DNA of 64,000 nucleotides from Barthelona sp. PCE (lineage: Eukaryota), in the NCBI GenBank assembly GCA_040285745.1, contig JAUFOR010000002.1, forward strand, positions 248,001-312,000, written 5' to 3'. The number at the start of each line of letters is the position of its first letter. The first letter of the stretch is position 1. The position numbers and the translations under genes were made by a program. Of the stretch, positions 52,163-64,000 are shown piece by piece. A model generated the notes under the pieces. It was not told the origin of the DNA. It worked only from the letters and a program-made list of their open reading frames with translations, and did not search any database.

Positions 52163-54553
52163 TCACTTCTTTGCTCTCATTTCGAGTCTCCTCTTGGCAC
52201 TTTGGAACTCATGGTCGTTCTTCTTGGCTATTTTTTGAATTTGAGCATTAGCTTGAGCACGTTCAACAGCAAAAATCTTTTGGAGTCGTTTTCTCTCCGT
52301 TTCATCAGTTGTGTTGTTTAAAATATCATCTCTCTCCTCATCTCTTGTCTTCTCAGTGTTGAGCAAAGCAAGTAAACGCTCATTTTGACGTTGACGCAAT
52401 AGTTCAAGTTCAAGTTCACTCTCCACTTTAGCATGTCTTGATCCCTGACGTGGATCAGCAAAATAAGGTGATTTTGTGTCAAGTACTGAATGAGCACGGG
52501 AACGACGACGCTTCTTCTTACGGGTTGGTGAACTCTTCTCAGTATCATATGAACGATTTTCTAAGGAGCTTTGCGACCTCATTTCATTGGTTTGGCGAGG
52601 TGGGCGTGGCTTCCGTTTCTTGTCACTGGATATTGGAGTCGAACGTGTCTTGGTACGAGGTTTGTGTGTTGACCTTGCTTCAGGCCTGTGCTTCTGAGTA
52701 GATGTCTCAATTGCAGATGCACGTTTCTTGGGTTCAGGTAACCTATTGCGGCGTGCAGGGCTCTGTTGCTTCTCTGCACGAGGTTTTCTGGGTTCTGAAA
52801 GGCGAGAGAGTGTGCGTGCTCGCTCTTGTCGATCACGTTTAACAGGGGTACGCTTTTGAGGTGTCTTATTGGTCTCAAGCATCGCCATGGATGATACAGG
52901 TCTGTTAGGCATGTCAACTTCAATGTTTGCAAGTTCTGGTGGCAACTCCCACTTCTTTGTCCTACGCATCTTTTCGATTGCACTCTGGAGCTGCTTTCTT
53001 TGCTGGACAGTCTCCTGTTGCAACTTCTTACGCTCTTGTGCAATTTTCTTCTTCTCACGTTTCATGACGTCAACGCGTTGCATCTTACTCTCAATTTCCT
53101 TCTGTAATTGAGATCTTCGTGCCATATCACGCTTCTTCATACGCTTTACCTTCTCTGAGCGATCAATTTGCTTGAGCTTCTCGTTGACAAATTGCAGACG
53201 ACGTTCCTTCTCCAGTTCTTCTCGGTGCTCAGTTGTAGCACGGTCTTTAGCCTGTCTCTTTGCAATGATACGCTCCTTCTTTGTTTCCAATTCTTCCTGT
53301 ACACGATCATATACCTGTTTACGTTTCATTTCAGCTTCTTCAAGTTCTTGATGAATTTGCTTCTCACGTTCTTTCTTTTCACGTTCAATACGTTCAAGGC
53401 GATGATTATCTGCTTCAAGCTTTGCGTAAATACGGTTCCTACGCTGCTGTTCGAGCTCTTCTTGATGCTTTTGATGTAATTCAATTTCGCGAGCCTTAGC
53501 TTCACTCTTCTTATGCTGCTCTTCCAGATCCTTCTTTCTTTGCTCTTCAAAACGATGATGACGTTCCATGTTTTCACGCTGACGGGCAGCATATTCCATT
53601 TCAACCTTCAATCGTTTCTCTTCCTGGAATTCCCTGGCTTGTTCAACTTTACGCTGATTTTTTTCCATTTTTTCTTTGAGTTCGCGTGCCTTTTCTTTAC
53701 GCTGCTCCTCAAGGATAGCTTTGCGCTCCTCGTCGCGCTGTTGGAGCTCTGCTAAACGTTGTTGAGCCATGCGCTGTTGTTCATCCATAATCATTTGAGT
53801 TCGTTGTCTGAATTCTTCTTGGGCCTTGAGTCTTTCCTCCTCCTTCTTCATCTGTTCGAGACGCTGCTTCTTACGTTCTTTCTCCTGCTTCTGCCTGCGA
53901 ACTTGTTGTGCTTGAAATTCACGCTCAATAGCCAGCCGCTTCTCTTCTTCCTCCAGCTCCATTCTTCTTTTGCGCTCAAGATCACGCTTGAATCGCTGCT
54001 CCTCTGCCAGTTTCCTCTTCTTTGAGAGTTCTTCCTTGCGTTGACGCTCACGCTCCTCTTGACGACGCAGTCTCATTTGCTGATCCTCAAACATCTGTGC
54101 TCGTTTCATCTCGTATTCAAGCTGGCGCTGGATTTCAGCCTTTTGCCTCCTCTTAAGGGCCTCAAGGCGTTTCTTTTCAAGCTCAATTGCCGTTGTCAAA
54201 TTTGAATCATCAACTTCGGCATGGAATTCCTTGGTATCAAATTGACCTTTATGTGTGAGGGTGATATTCTCTCCCATGCCTAATATATCCGTATAGCACG
54301 CACGTGCAATCTCAATCAGCTCGTGACGTTTGCTTTCATGATGTTCAAAAATGATGTCGAGTTCATCATCGACCATTCCAACCTCGCGATATGATTCTTT
54401 TGACTCGCTGATGAGCTGTCGAGGTGAAATGCCCTCACGAAAACAAGCCTCTATACTACGCGGACTTGTAAGAATAGGTAAGACTTTGTCTGTATCATTG
54501 AAGTTCAATAACGTGATAATTTCCTTACTTTTTTGTTTGCTAGGTGATTGCAT
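52163..54553 (-). CDS. Charged coiled-coil protein (E/K/R/Q-rich), possibly cytoskeletal or flagellar
   Basis: 796-aa ORF with N-terminal LTSPRSIEACFREGI and long charged helices. Confidence 0.7.
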   Translation of the reverse strand: MQSPSKQKSKEIITLLNFNDTDKVLPILTSPRSIEACFREGISPRQLISESKESYREVGMVDDELDIIFEHHESKRHELIEIARACYTDILGMGENITLTHKGQFDTKEFHAEVDDSNLTTAIELEKKRLEALKRRQKAEIQRQLEYEMKRAQMFEDQQMRLRRQEERERQRKEELSKKRKLAEEQRFKRDLERKRRMELEEEEKRLAIEREFQAQQVRRQKQEKERKKQRLEQMKKEEERLKAQEEFRQRTQMIMDEQQRMAQQRLAELQQRDEERKAILEEQRKEKARELKEKMEKNQRKVEQAREFQEEKRLKVEMEYAARQRENMERHHRFEEQRKKDLEEQHKKSEAKAREIELHQKHQEELEQQRRNRIYAKLEADNHRLERIEREKKEREKQIHQELEEAEMKRKQVYDRVQEELETKKERIIAKRQAKDRATTEHREELEKERRLQFVNEKLKQIDRSEKVKRMKKRDMARRSQLQKEIESKMQRVDVMKREKKKIAQERKKLQQETVQQRKQLQSAIEKMRRTKKWELPPELANIEVDMPNRPVSSMAMLETNKTPQKRTPVKRDRQERARTLSRLSEPRKPRAEKQQSPARRNRLPEPKKRASAIETSTQKHRPEARSTHKPRTKTRSTPISSDKKRKPRPPRQTNEMRSQSSLENRSYDTEKSSPTRKKKRRRSRAHSVLDTKSPYFADPRQGSRHAKVESELELELLRQRQNERLLALLNTEKTRDEERDDILNNTTDETERKRLQKIFAVERAQANAQIQKIAKKNDHEFQSAKRRLEMRAKK

Positions 54554-54989
54554 CGAAATAAATTTGTTTTAAAGACTATGCTGAAAATATTTTCAAAAAA
54601 ATCGGTCAAGTTTACGGTTAAGAAACAATATTTTGGTGTGCTTTGGTGGTGTTTAGTGATAAAAACCTTCACAACCTGTCAGAATAGACTAGAAAGGGTA
54701 TGGTATTCAAAAACATGTTCTAAGGCGGTGATTCATATACTGGCTTTTTATGAAGGTATTTGGGGACACTCGAATGTTTGAAGCGTGACAAGATGCTTGG
54801 AAAAACAATTGATACATCAACCGAACATGGAATCCAGGTTTGAAGCAGCTATGTGTTTCTTCAGAAAATAACCTTTTTTTAAAGCTGCATGAGCGCACTG
54901 TAAAGGAATAATACCTCACATATGACGAGGAAATCATCATATGCTTAATACGTGTTGTTTTCATTCTTACATCCCATACCATCACATAA

Positions 54990-55780
54990 ATGCAAGAAAC
55001 AAAGTCATTGCTTAAATTCAGAAAGCCAGTGCTTGTTAGTAGCTCCCCTAAGGCCGAAAGCCACACTGAGGATATTTTAGATAGCATTCTTCCCCCCAAG
55101 TATGTTTTTTTGGGACTCAAACTCCTGTGAAAGCTTTATTGATACACACTCGATCGAAAATGAAGGTGATATTTGATGGAAAAAACTTTCATAATGATTT
55201 TTTCACACTAATTTTTAGGAAAGTGGATCGTGACGGTCAGCTTTGGGTACAATCCGTATCCAGCACCCCAGCAACCCGTTTGGAAGTTGTACAATTGCAG
55301 GATAACCTCGATTCTCTCTTGAAACAACGTCATGCCAGAGAAACTGGTATTTGTGTGGTAAGAAGAGAACTTTTCAGTCAGTTATTTGACGAACTCATTC
55401 GTCAAGTCACCATCGAATGTGCGGAAAGGGGCCTTTTATTGGTTCGTGTTCGTGACGAACTCATGCAGACATTAGAAGCCTATCAGTGCCTTTATGAGAG
55501 TGCTGTTGCATTCGGTATCAGAAAGGCCTTACAGGCTGAGCAAGGCAAAGCAGAAATGGAGGCTAATCTTGAGAAATTGTCTAACGAGAAGAGCGACTTA
55601 GAGCGCAACGTACAAGAACTAAAAGCTAAGATTGAGGCAATTGAACGTCGTGCTGCTGAGCAAAAGAACCTTTATGAGCAGAAACATGCATCAGAAGTCA
55701 GTTCTCTTAAGCACACCAACCTTCAGTTGAAGAATCAACTGGAGCAGCTCCTTGCACCATCTACTGGTGGTAAGAAGTAA
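54990..55780 (+). CDS. DNALI1: Axonemal inner-arm dynein light intermediate chain p28; exons 54990-55099 and 55219-55780
   Basis: Splicing out GTATGT...CACTAATTTTTAG (55100-55218) gives TEDILDSILPPK-KVDRDGQLWVQSVSSTPATRLEV. Also ARETGIC and FDELIRQVTIECAERGLLL. Confidence 0.93.
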
Positions 55781-55897
55781 GCCATATGTAACATATCAAC
55801 GTAAAGACGATGTAAAACCCAGCTTTTAAATTTTTTTAATTGATTACTTGTTTTCTTTCCTTTTTCGTTGCCCAAATATTTTGCAACACAAGCATAA

Positions 55898-56956
55898 ATG
55901 CGAGACATGAGAGTGAAATTCCCGAGAGATCCTGTTTTTAGATCGACAAATGAGATTATTCAATTGGCAGACACAAATTTTGAGGAGCATCGTGAATGCT
56001 ACACGCCTCTATTATCTAGTCATTTTGAGATATCATATTCTCAGTCAAAACCAGACTTTCAATTCGATGTTAGAGCTGCAGTTGATGGATTATGGGGAAA
56101 TGGTACATGGGTACAACCTAAACCACCGTATGATCCGTTTTTGGTCCCAGAATCAGAGCTATTCCTAGATATACCATTAATTGAAAACGTTGAACCAAGT
56201 CATGAATATTATTGTTTAATGAACAAATATCCAGCTTGTCCACGTCATTTTCTTTTGTTAACCAGTGATTTTATGCCTCAATTTCTGCCCCCGAACGAGG
56301 TGGAGCTACGTATGCTTCATGCATTCACAAGACATCCTGAGTACGTTGGATTCATTAATATAGGATGTGAAAGCGGTGCTTCCCAACCTCATCGACATTT
56401 TCAATTGATCAATACGGAAGTGTTCGGTAACATTGAGCACGTACCCATAGACATGGCACTACGCACATGGGATAGAGAGTTAGTACAAGGTTCTGTTGAG
56501 AAATGCACTGAATTACAATTTTTACATTGTTTTGTAGATATTCGTGATATGTCTATTGATGATATCATAACAAACTACCACATTATGATGGATAGTGTGG
56601 GCCTTCCATCCACATGGGATGCCTATAACGAGATTATCACCCCACCAAATATTGAGCATACATGGTTGAACTACAACTTCAAGATATATAAATACGTCAA
56701 TGTTCCTAGCTATAACTTCATCATGACGGGCGAGTTTATGTTGGTTGTTCCTAGAACTAGCGCTAAATCAAGTGTTTGTCCAATGAACTCGTTACCTTTT
56801 TTAGGCTCATTTTTCACTAGAGACAGGGAACAGAACGAGGCTATGAGGTTCCGCGTTGCTTCTGAGTTGCTGGCGGAGGGCTGCCCAAAGGATCTTGATT
56901 CATATCAAGCACCGGCTATTGAGTTCAATAATGTTGAAATGGTTGCTGTGTGTTAG
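55898..56956 (+). CDS. Ap4A phosphorylase / ATP adenylyltransferase (APA1/2 family)
   Basis: DPFL, LMNKYPACPRHFLL, NIGCESGASQPHRHFQ, SYNFIMTGEFMLVVPR and NSLPFLG. Confidence 0.88.
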   Translation: MRDMRVKFPRDPVFRSTNEIIQLADTNFEEHRECYTPLLSSHFEISYSQSKPDFQFDVRAAVDGLWGNGTWVQPKPPYDPFLVPESELFLDIPLIENVEPSHEYYCLMNKYPACPRHFLLLTSDFMPQFLPPNEVELRMLHAFTRHPEYVGFINIGCESGASQPHRHFQLINTEVFGNIEHVPIDMALRTWDRELVQGSVEKCTELQFLHCFVDIRDMSIDDIITNYHIMMDSVGLPSTWDAYNEIITPPNIEHTWLNYNFKIYKYVNVPSYNFIMTGEFMLVVPRTSAKSSVCPMNSLPFLGSFFTRDREQNEAMRFRVASELLAEGCPKDLDSYQAPAIEFNNVEMVAVC

Positions 56957-57068
56957 TTTCAATTAATAGATCAGTAAATAAGTATGTTCTGTGATAAATA
57001 ATTGGTTTAAATGTTTGTAAATCGAGTTTTTGATTTCATCTCACAGTTTTATTTTTATCCTTTTCAAA

Positions 57069-58857
57069 ATGGGCAAGCCTTCACGTGAGGTTATTCAAGC
57101 TATTGAAGCTGAGTTAAAGACCACTATTCCTACCGTTGATGCTGACGGAAACGAGCTTTCTAAGAAGTATGATATTTGGTAACTTTCGACACCTAACTTT
57201 AAGGCAATTCAAGCGTATTCTCAAGGCAGCCGTTAAGGAAAGACTGAAGGAATTGGAACAAGAAACCAGTCAACCTGCTCAGAACGCTCCAGTTAAGAAG
57301 GCAAAGATCGTTGCTTCCACAACCAACATTTCCGCTGACAAGTACCTGGAGTTCAGGATGGAACAGTTGAAGACTTTGAGTGAGAAGTACTCTTTCCCAA
57401 TTTACCCTCACAAGTTCGATGTTGATATGACTGTCAACGAGTACTGTGAGAAGTATGACGCCGATTTTAAGGATGGAGAATCCAATAAGGATATCTCTGT
57501 TGCCATTACCGGTCGAGTTGTTCGTATTCGTCCTTCAAGTGCTTACCTTGTTTTCATTGTCATTGAGCAGCTCGAGCAGGAGGTTCAGATCATGTGTAAC
57601 TTTCAGAATTACCGTCTCGATAAGGAAGAGACTGAAGAAGTTCGTGAGGAACGCTTCCGTGGTTTCCTTTCAAACATTTGTCGTGGTGATATCATCGGCT
57701 TCAACGGCTTCCCTGGCCGTACCCGCCGTGGTGAACTCTCTATGTTTGCTCAGGATATTACTTTCCTTGCACCCTGTCTTCAAGTTCTTCCCGATCCTCA
57801 TATTGGAGTTCGCGATGACCAAATCCGTTTCCGTAACCGTCCTCTTGACTTCATGGTTAACGTGGAGAAGCGCAAGATCATCCGTCAACGTGCTGATGTT
57901 GTTCGTTTTATTCGCAACTTCCTTGATGATCATGATTTCATCGAGGTAGAGACTCCCGTTCTAACCAACGTTGCAGGTGGTGGTCACGCCAAGCCGTTTG
58001 TTACATTCCATCACGATCTCGGTGAAGAACTCAAGATGCGTATTGCACCCGAGATTTACTTAAAGAAGCTCGTTGTTGGTGGTTTTGATCGTGTATATGA
58101 GATGGGTAAGCAGTTCAGAAATGAGTCCATGGATGCCACACACAACCCTGAGTTCACATCATGTGAGTTTTATTGCGCCTACTGGGACTACAACGATTTG
58201 ATGGACTTCACTGAAAAGATGCTTGGTGAGTTGGCTATTCGCCTTTGTGGTTCTTATGATGTGCCATTTGGTGGTGAGATCATCTCTTTCAAGCCTCCAT
58301 TCAAGCGAATTTCGTTCATTGGTCGTTTGGAGGAAATTCTTGGTTATAACCCCCTTCATTGCGATATCCAGTTGCTTGCTGATAAGGTCGCTGAGCTCGG
58401 TATTACATGTGAACCGGCTAGAACTAAATACCTCGACAAGCTTCTTGGTCACTACGTTGAGCAACATGTCAAGGAACCCGCCTTTGTCATTGATCACCCT
58501 GCTCTCATCTCTCCTCTTGCGAAGGAGCACCGTGATGACCCCGATCTCACAGAGCGTTTCGAGCTTATTATTGCCGGCCGTGAAATTGCAAACGCTTACA
58601 CAGAACTGAACTCACCTTTCATTCAGGAAGAGCGTTTCAGAGAACAGATTGCCGCAGCTCACGATGGTGACGATGAGGCTCATCCCTTTGATGAGAGCTT
58701 TATTGAGGCTCTCACACGCGGACTTCCACCAACTGCTGGTTGGGGACTTGGTGTAGATCGTCTTATCATGCTTTTGACAGGTCAGGAGACAATCAAGGAG
58801 GTGCTTTGCTTCCCCGCCATGAAGAGAATCGACGATAAGGAAGAACAACAAGAGTAA
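57069..58857 (+). CDS. KARS: Class II lysyl-tRNA synthetase; exons 57069-57166 and 57204-58857
   Basis: Removing the 37-nt intron 57167-57203 gives MGKPSRE...LSKKQFKRILK. Also YPHKF, FIEVETP, MRIAPE, FRNE...HNPEFT and GLPPTAGWGLGVDRL. Confidence 0.95.
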
Positions 58858-58869
58858 ATTTTCAAAAAT

Positions 58870-60576
58870 TTATTGTTCAGTTTCTTCTTCAGTTACAACA
58901 GCTTCTTCATCAACTACAACTTCGGACTTTTCACTAGTTTCTGAAGCGACAGACTCAGTCTTTTCTTCAACCTTATCTTCTTCTCTGTGATTCACCATTT
59001 CCTCCATTTCGGTTACGCTGGGTGTCATCTTTCTTTCTTCTTCACAGACAACGACGAGGTCTTCGTTCTGAGACTTGGTTTCGTTGGGCTTCTTTGCACA
59101 ACCGCATGCAAGAACAATAAACTGAACAATGACACCCACAAATGTTACAATGGCGGATGTGAGGAAAACGTTGTTGTATCCTTCCTTTGTGACCTTACCA
59201 GCGCTTGTATGTTGAATTGCAATTGCGTTTGACACAACAGGAGCAACACTAGATGCCAATAATCTACACATCATATTTAGTGAGAAAGCGCGTGCTGTAA
59301 TCTTCTCCTTTGTTAATCCGGTAAGTAAACGTGTGTTTTCATCAATTGCTGAGATGATGGAACTCATCAGTGAACCAACAAAGAAAGAAAAGATGATGAG
59401 CTCAATCTTGAGAGTCAATAAAGTATCAGTTGAGAGGTAAAGGGTAATATTAACACCAAACAGACCAATGATACCAATTAAAACAAGGGTGAATCCACGG
59501 AGCTTGAGGGCGATCCAAGAAGTGAGTGGCGCACCAACGGGTTGAAGTAATGAAGTAAATAGAAGGGTTGTAGCAAGGTCCCAAGTATTATCCATACCAA
59601 AACCATTGAAAGGGCTGGCTGTAGGCGAGCTGAGGAAGTAGGGAACGTTCTGCATGATTGAAAACAGTGTGTAACCAAGTGAAATACTGGTGAGACTCAG
59701 GCTAAGGTTGTATCCATCCTTCAATAAAACAACAGGGAAGATTGGATTCTCACTCTTTCGTTCAAAGATGATGAATAAAATGGTAAAGATTACGCCAACA
59801 ATAAGCGCAATAAGAGGAGTTGTTTCAAAATAACCGTCCTGATCACCAATTGTAATCCATGTAACGAGACCGGACATGCCAATCAGGAGGGTAACGATGC
59901 CAACAGCATCAATCTTATTGTTTTTGATCTTTAAACTAGGATTCTTTGGATGCATTAAGAAATAAAGAACGATAACACAGACGATCTGAATAAAACCAAC
60001 AACAACAAAACTAAGACGCCATGTGCCAAAGTACTTGGTCAATACAGCCTCAAAGATATAACCGTATGAAAGACCCCATGAGAAAGATAGGGATACAAGT
60101 GTTAAACCTGCACGTTTAAGAATACCTGAAGGAAGGTGATTGTGAATGTACGACAAGAACAGGGAAAGGGACGCAACAGATGTGCCGCTCAGGCCTCTGA
60201 AGAATAGGAAAAGACCTAGAGAATCTGTATGATTGAAACCTGCCAATAAGTTACCTGTGATAAAGATAATAGCATAGCTAAGCAGAGTAGCACGCTCTCC
60301 AAATCGGTCAGACATGGATGAAACCAAAGGATTGAAAATAAGACCGGAAAAAGTGTAGATAGTTAACATAACTGCAATTGAAGATGTACTGGCGTTAAAA
60401 TGTGAACGAATATCGTCAATGGATGGAAGGATAGAACTTTCCAGAGCCATGATTGACGATGAAAGCAAAACAAAGAGAATAACTGTGAAATATTCTTTGG
60501 GTTCATAAATGTTCAGTTTACGATTCTTGCTCAAATGATATGATTCGATTTCGTTGGCAGTAACAACACTACTCAT
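58870..60576 (-). CDS. MFS drug:H+ antiporter, DHA2-like (about 14 TM)
   Basis: SSMSDRFGER, FRGLSG, IDAVG and ERKSENPIFP, with an acidic tail. Confidence 0.82.
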   Translation of the reverse strand: MSSVVTANEIESYHLSKNRKLNIYEPKEYFTVILFVLLSSSIMALESSILPSIDDIRSHFNASTSSIAVMLTIYTFSGLIFNPLVSSMSDRFGERATLLSYAIIFITGNLLAGFNHTDSLGLFLFFRGLSGTSVASLSLFLSYIHNHLPSGILKRAGLTLVSLSFSWGLSYGYIFEAVLTKYFGTWRLSFVVVGFIQIVCVIVLYFLMHPKNPSLKIKNNKIDAVGIVTLLIGMSGLVTWITIGDQDGYFETTPLIALIVGVIFTILFIIFERKSENPIFPVVLLKDGYNLSLSLTSISLGYTLFSIMQNVPYFLSSPTASPFNGFGMDNTWDLATTLLFTSLLQPVGAPLTSWIALKLRGFTLVLIGIIGLFGVNITLYLSTDTLLTLKIELIIFSFFVGSLMSSIISAIDENTRLLTGLTKEKITARAFSLNMMCRLLASSVAPVVSNAIAIQHTSAGKVTKEGYNNVFLTSAIVTFVGVIVQFIVLACGCAKKPNETKSQNEDLVVVCEEERKMTPSVTEMEEMVNHREEDKVEEKTESVASETSEKSEVVVDEEAVVTEEETEQ

Positions 60577-60767
60577 AAGTTAAGTAGATGTGGGTATGAA
60601 AAGGATAGAATTTGGAAATACAAGGTTTTTTGTGTTATCTTCTGGTGTAGATAATGTACAGTTGTATGCATGTACAATAAAATCAATAATTTATTAAGCT
60701 AATTTGTTAGAGTTTTAGTTTACCGATACAAAAAATTGGGAAAAAAAGTTTATTAGAGTTTGAGAGA

Positions 60768-62229
<1,462 letters not shown>

Positions 62230-62429
62230 TGTACAAGTAAAGTTATATAAAAACCTTTGCAAGATATTCGTGAAAACTACACTTCCTACATCAGTTCACG
62301 CATCTTAAATTTGCGTTTAAAGACATAAAAACGCAACGCGGTTTCCTTTACTGTTGAAAAATAGTTGCAGGTATTTTTTCACTTTTCAATGCTCATCAAT
62401 ACAAACAACCATTTAAATAAGGTTTACTA

Positions 62430-63824
62430 TCACACGCTATTGCCATTATCATTCAAAAGAGGAGCAGAAACTTCACTTTCAGCATCACCATCCTTGGGAA
62501 GTACAATCTTACCAGATACAGCAAAATTGAACAGAGAAATTATGGCACCGATGGCGAAAAGCCACACAGTATGGGTATCGTTATATTCAAAAGGATCTTT
62601 AAACCAACCAAAAATAACTGCAATAATTGCAGAAAGAGCAGTCGAAATAAGCTGACCAATAACAATAGCAGCATTCAGGCAACCATTCCACACTCCAAGC
62701 TTCTCCTCACCATACAACTTGAGCATAGCAAAAGGAAGAGCATTCATTGCAGAGAAACAGAAACCACAAATAGCACCAATACTGAATGAGAAGATGACGA
62801 ACATTTTTTGAGAAATGAAGGAAGTTTTTTCAGGATCAAAGAAAATAACAACAATTACTAAAAGAACTTCACCTAAGAAACAACAGAAAAGAGAAATTGA
62901 ATAAAACCGTTGAGATCCAATGCTCTTTGCCATTCCTTCACTGATTAAAGAAGCGACAAGGGTACCAGCGCCAAGACCTGCAAGAACAAGTGCACCAGAG
63001 TTCCACTTGAAGAAAACAGAAGCTTTGAGTTGAAGAGGGAACATGGCAATCCAGCTCAGTAAAACTGTTAAGGCAATGATTTGAACTTGTTTAGGAGACT
63101 GTTTCATGTCCTTAACAAGGCCAATGATAAGGTTATCTTTCTTCTTGAATTCAGTAACAACTTCTGCTTCTTCATCCTTGAGAGGTTCTTCATTTCCAAC
63201 GAAAATTGTAATAAGAGCAAAAAAGGCACAAAGAACCATGCTTACTAAACAAACCATCTTACAACTGTCCAATAAGTCTCCTTTTCCATCACTTGTTGCA
63301 AGAACGTATGCGATAACGTTAACGGCAATGTTGGACACGCCAATGATACACGAACAAATGGCGTTACCCTTGATCTGAATGCTCTCATTAGCGGGAAGTA
63401 TATCACCGATAAGAGCACGAGCACAAGGCATGACGATGTTTAGACCGATGTTAAGAATAGTGAGTCCAACCAATACTGATACGGTTGCCCACGTGTAGTT
63501 ATCTGCATCCTTCAGCATGATTGAGAGGACACCAAGAAGGAAAATACCAATGACAATCATGATCGTTCCCCAAATAATAAAAGGTCGTCTTCTACCTAAT
63601 TTTGACTTGTGACGATCTGATAACGTACCAACAATGGGGTTAACAAGAAGGCCTGCGAGTTGGCCGATGGTGAAACTAACGTCAGCTTCCCAAGAAGCCC
63701 AGTTTAGAGCTTCTTCCAGTTTCATAACAAAGAGAAAGGTAAGAGCGAAGCTCAACTGGATGGAAACCTGGATACTGTTCAAACCAAACAGTTCACTTGT
63801 CGTGTGAGTCTTTTTATGGTTCAT
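62430..63824 (-). CDS. MFS/GPH sugar:H+ symporter, SUT/SLC45-like
   Basis: GLLVNPIVGTLSDRHKSKLGRRRPFI, PCARALIGDI, LPFAML and GVWNGCLNAAIVIGQ. Confidence 0.85.
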   Translation of the reverse strand: MNHKKTHTTSELFGLNSIQVSIQLSFALTFLFVMKLEEALNWASWEADVSFTIGQLAGLLVNPIVGTLSDRHKSKLGRRRPFIIWGTIMIVIGIFLLGVLSIMLKDADNYTWATVSVLVGLTILNIGLNIVMPCARALIGDILPANESIQIKGNAICSCIIGVSNIAVNVIAYVLATSDGKGDLLDSCKMVCLVSMVLCAFFALITIFVGNEEPLKDEEAEVVTEFKKKDNLIIGLVKDMKQSPKQVQIIALTVLLSWIAMFPLQLKASVFFKWNSGALVLAGLGAGTLVASLISEGMAKSIGSQRFYSISLFCCFLGEVLLVIVVIFFDPEKTSFISQKMFVIFSFSIGAICGFCFSAMNALPFAMLKLYGEEKLGVWNGCLNAAIVIGQLISTALSAIIAVIFGWFKDPFEYNDTHTVWLFAIGAIISLFNFAVSGKIVLPKDGDAESEVSAPLLNDNGNSV

Positions 63825-64000
63825 TATGAGAATTTAAATATACCTAAACAAGAAACGTTAAAAATTTTTTAAAGGGTGGGGTTGGTTTTGAGGTGTGAAA
63901 AGCCCAGTCAAAAATAAACTGAAAGCAAGATTGTTAAGGGATAGAAATCACAAACAATCGATATCATTCTCAAAATTCTGTGTAAATCCAACTACGGTTT

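Overview
Gene-dense, AT-rich eukaryotic DNA read with the standard code. Intergenic gaps are very short and spliceosomal introns are few and small (GTATGT/GTATGA...AG). Ciliary genes (DNALI1, PACRG-like, HYLS1-like, alpha-tubulin, a dynein-heavy-chain-like gene) point to a flagellated protist; an anaerobic, metamonad-like host is only my inference. Housekeeping genes include a membrane class III cyclase, class IV aminotransferase, ATAD5/Elg1-like, TEX264-like, MCM4, SMYD-type SET, XPR1/SYG1, RAI1/DXO, ABCD, RLP24, Ap4A phosphorylase, LysRS and three MFS carriers. The most unusual items: (1) two tandem orphan ORFs at 49-52 kb with divergent N-termini but a near-identical 424-bp 3' block, a palindromic junction and a genomic A-tail, like variable/constant cassettes; (2) two ~1.5-kb hAT-derived elements with 8-bp TSDs and long 131/132-bp TIRs of shared architecture; (3) a 4492-aa dynein-heavy-chain-like protein with an erased AAA1 P-loop; (4) a bacterial-type YqeC domain fused to a long coiled coil; (5) an alpha-tubulin with Q at position 40. 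All family calls are from motif recognition by eye, not database searches.
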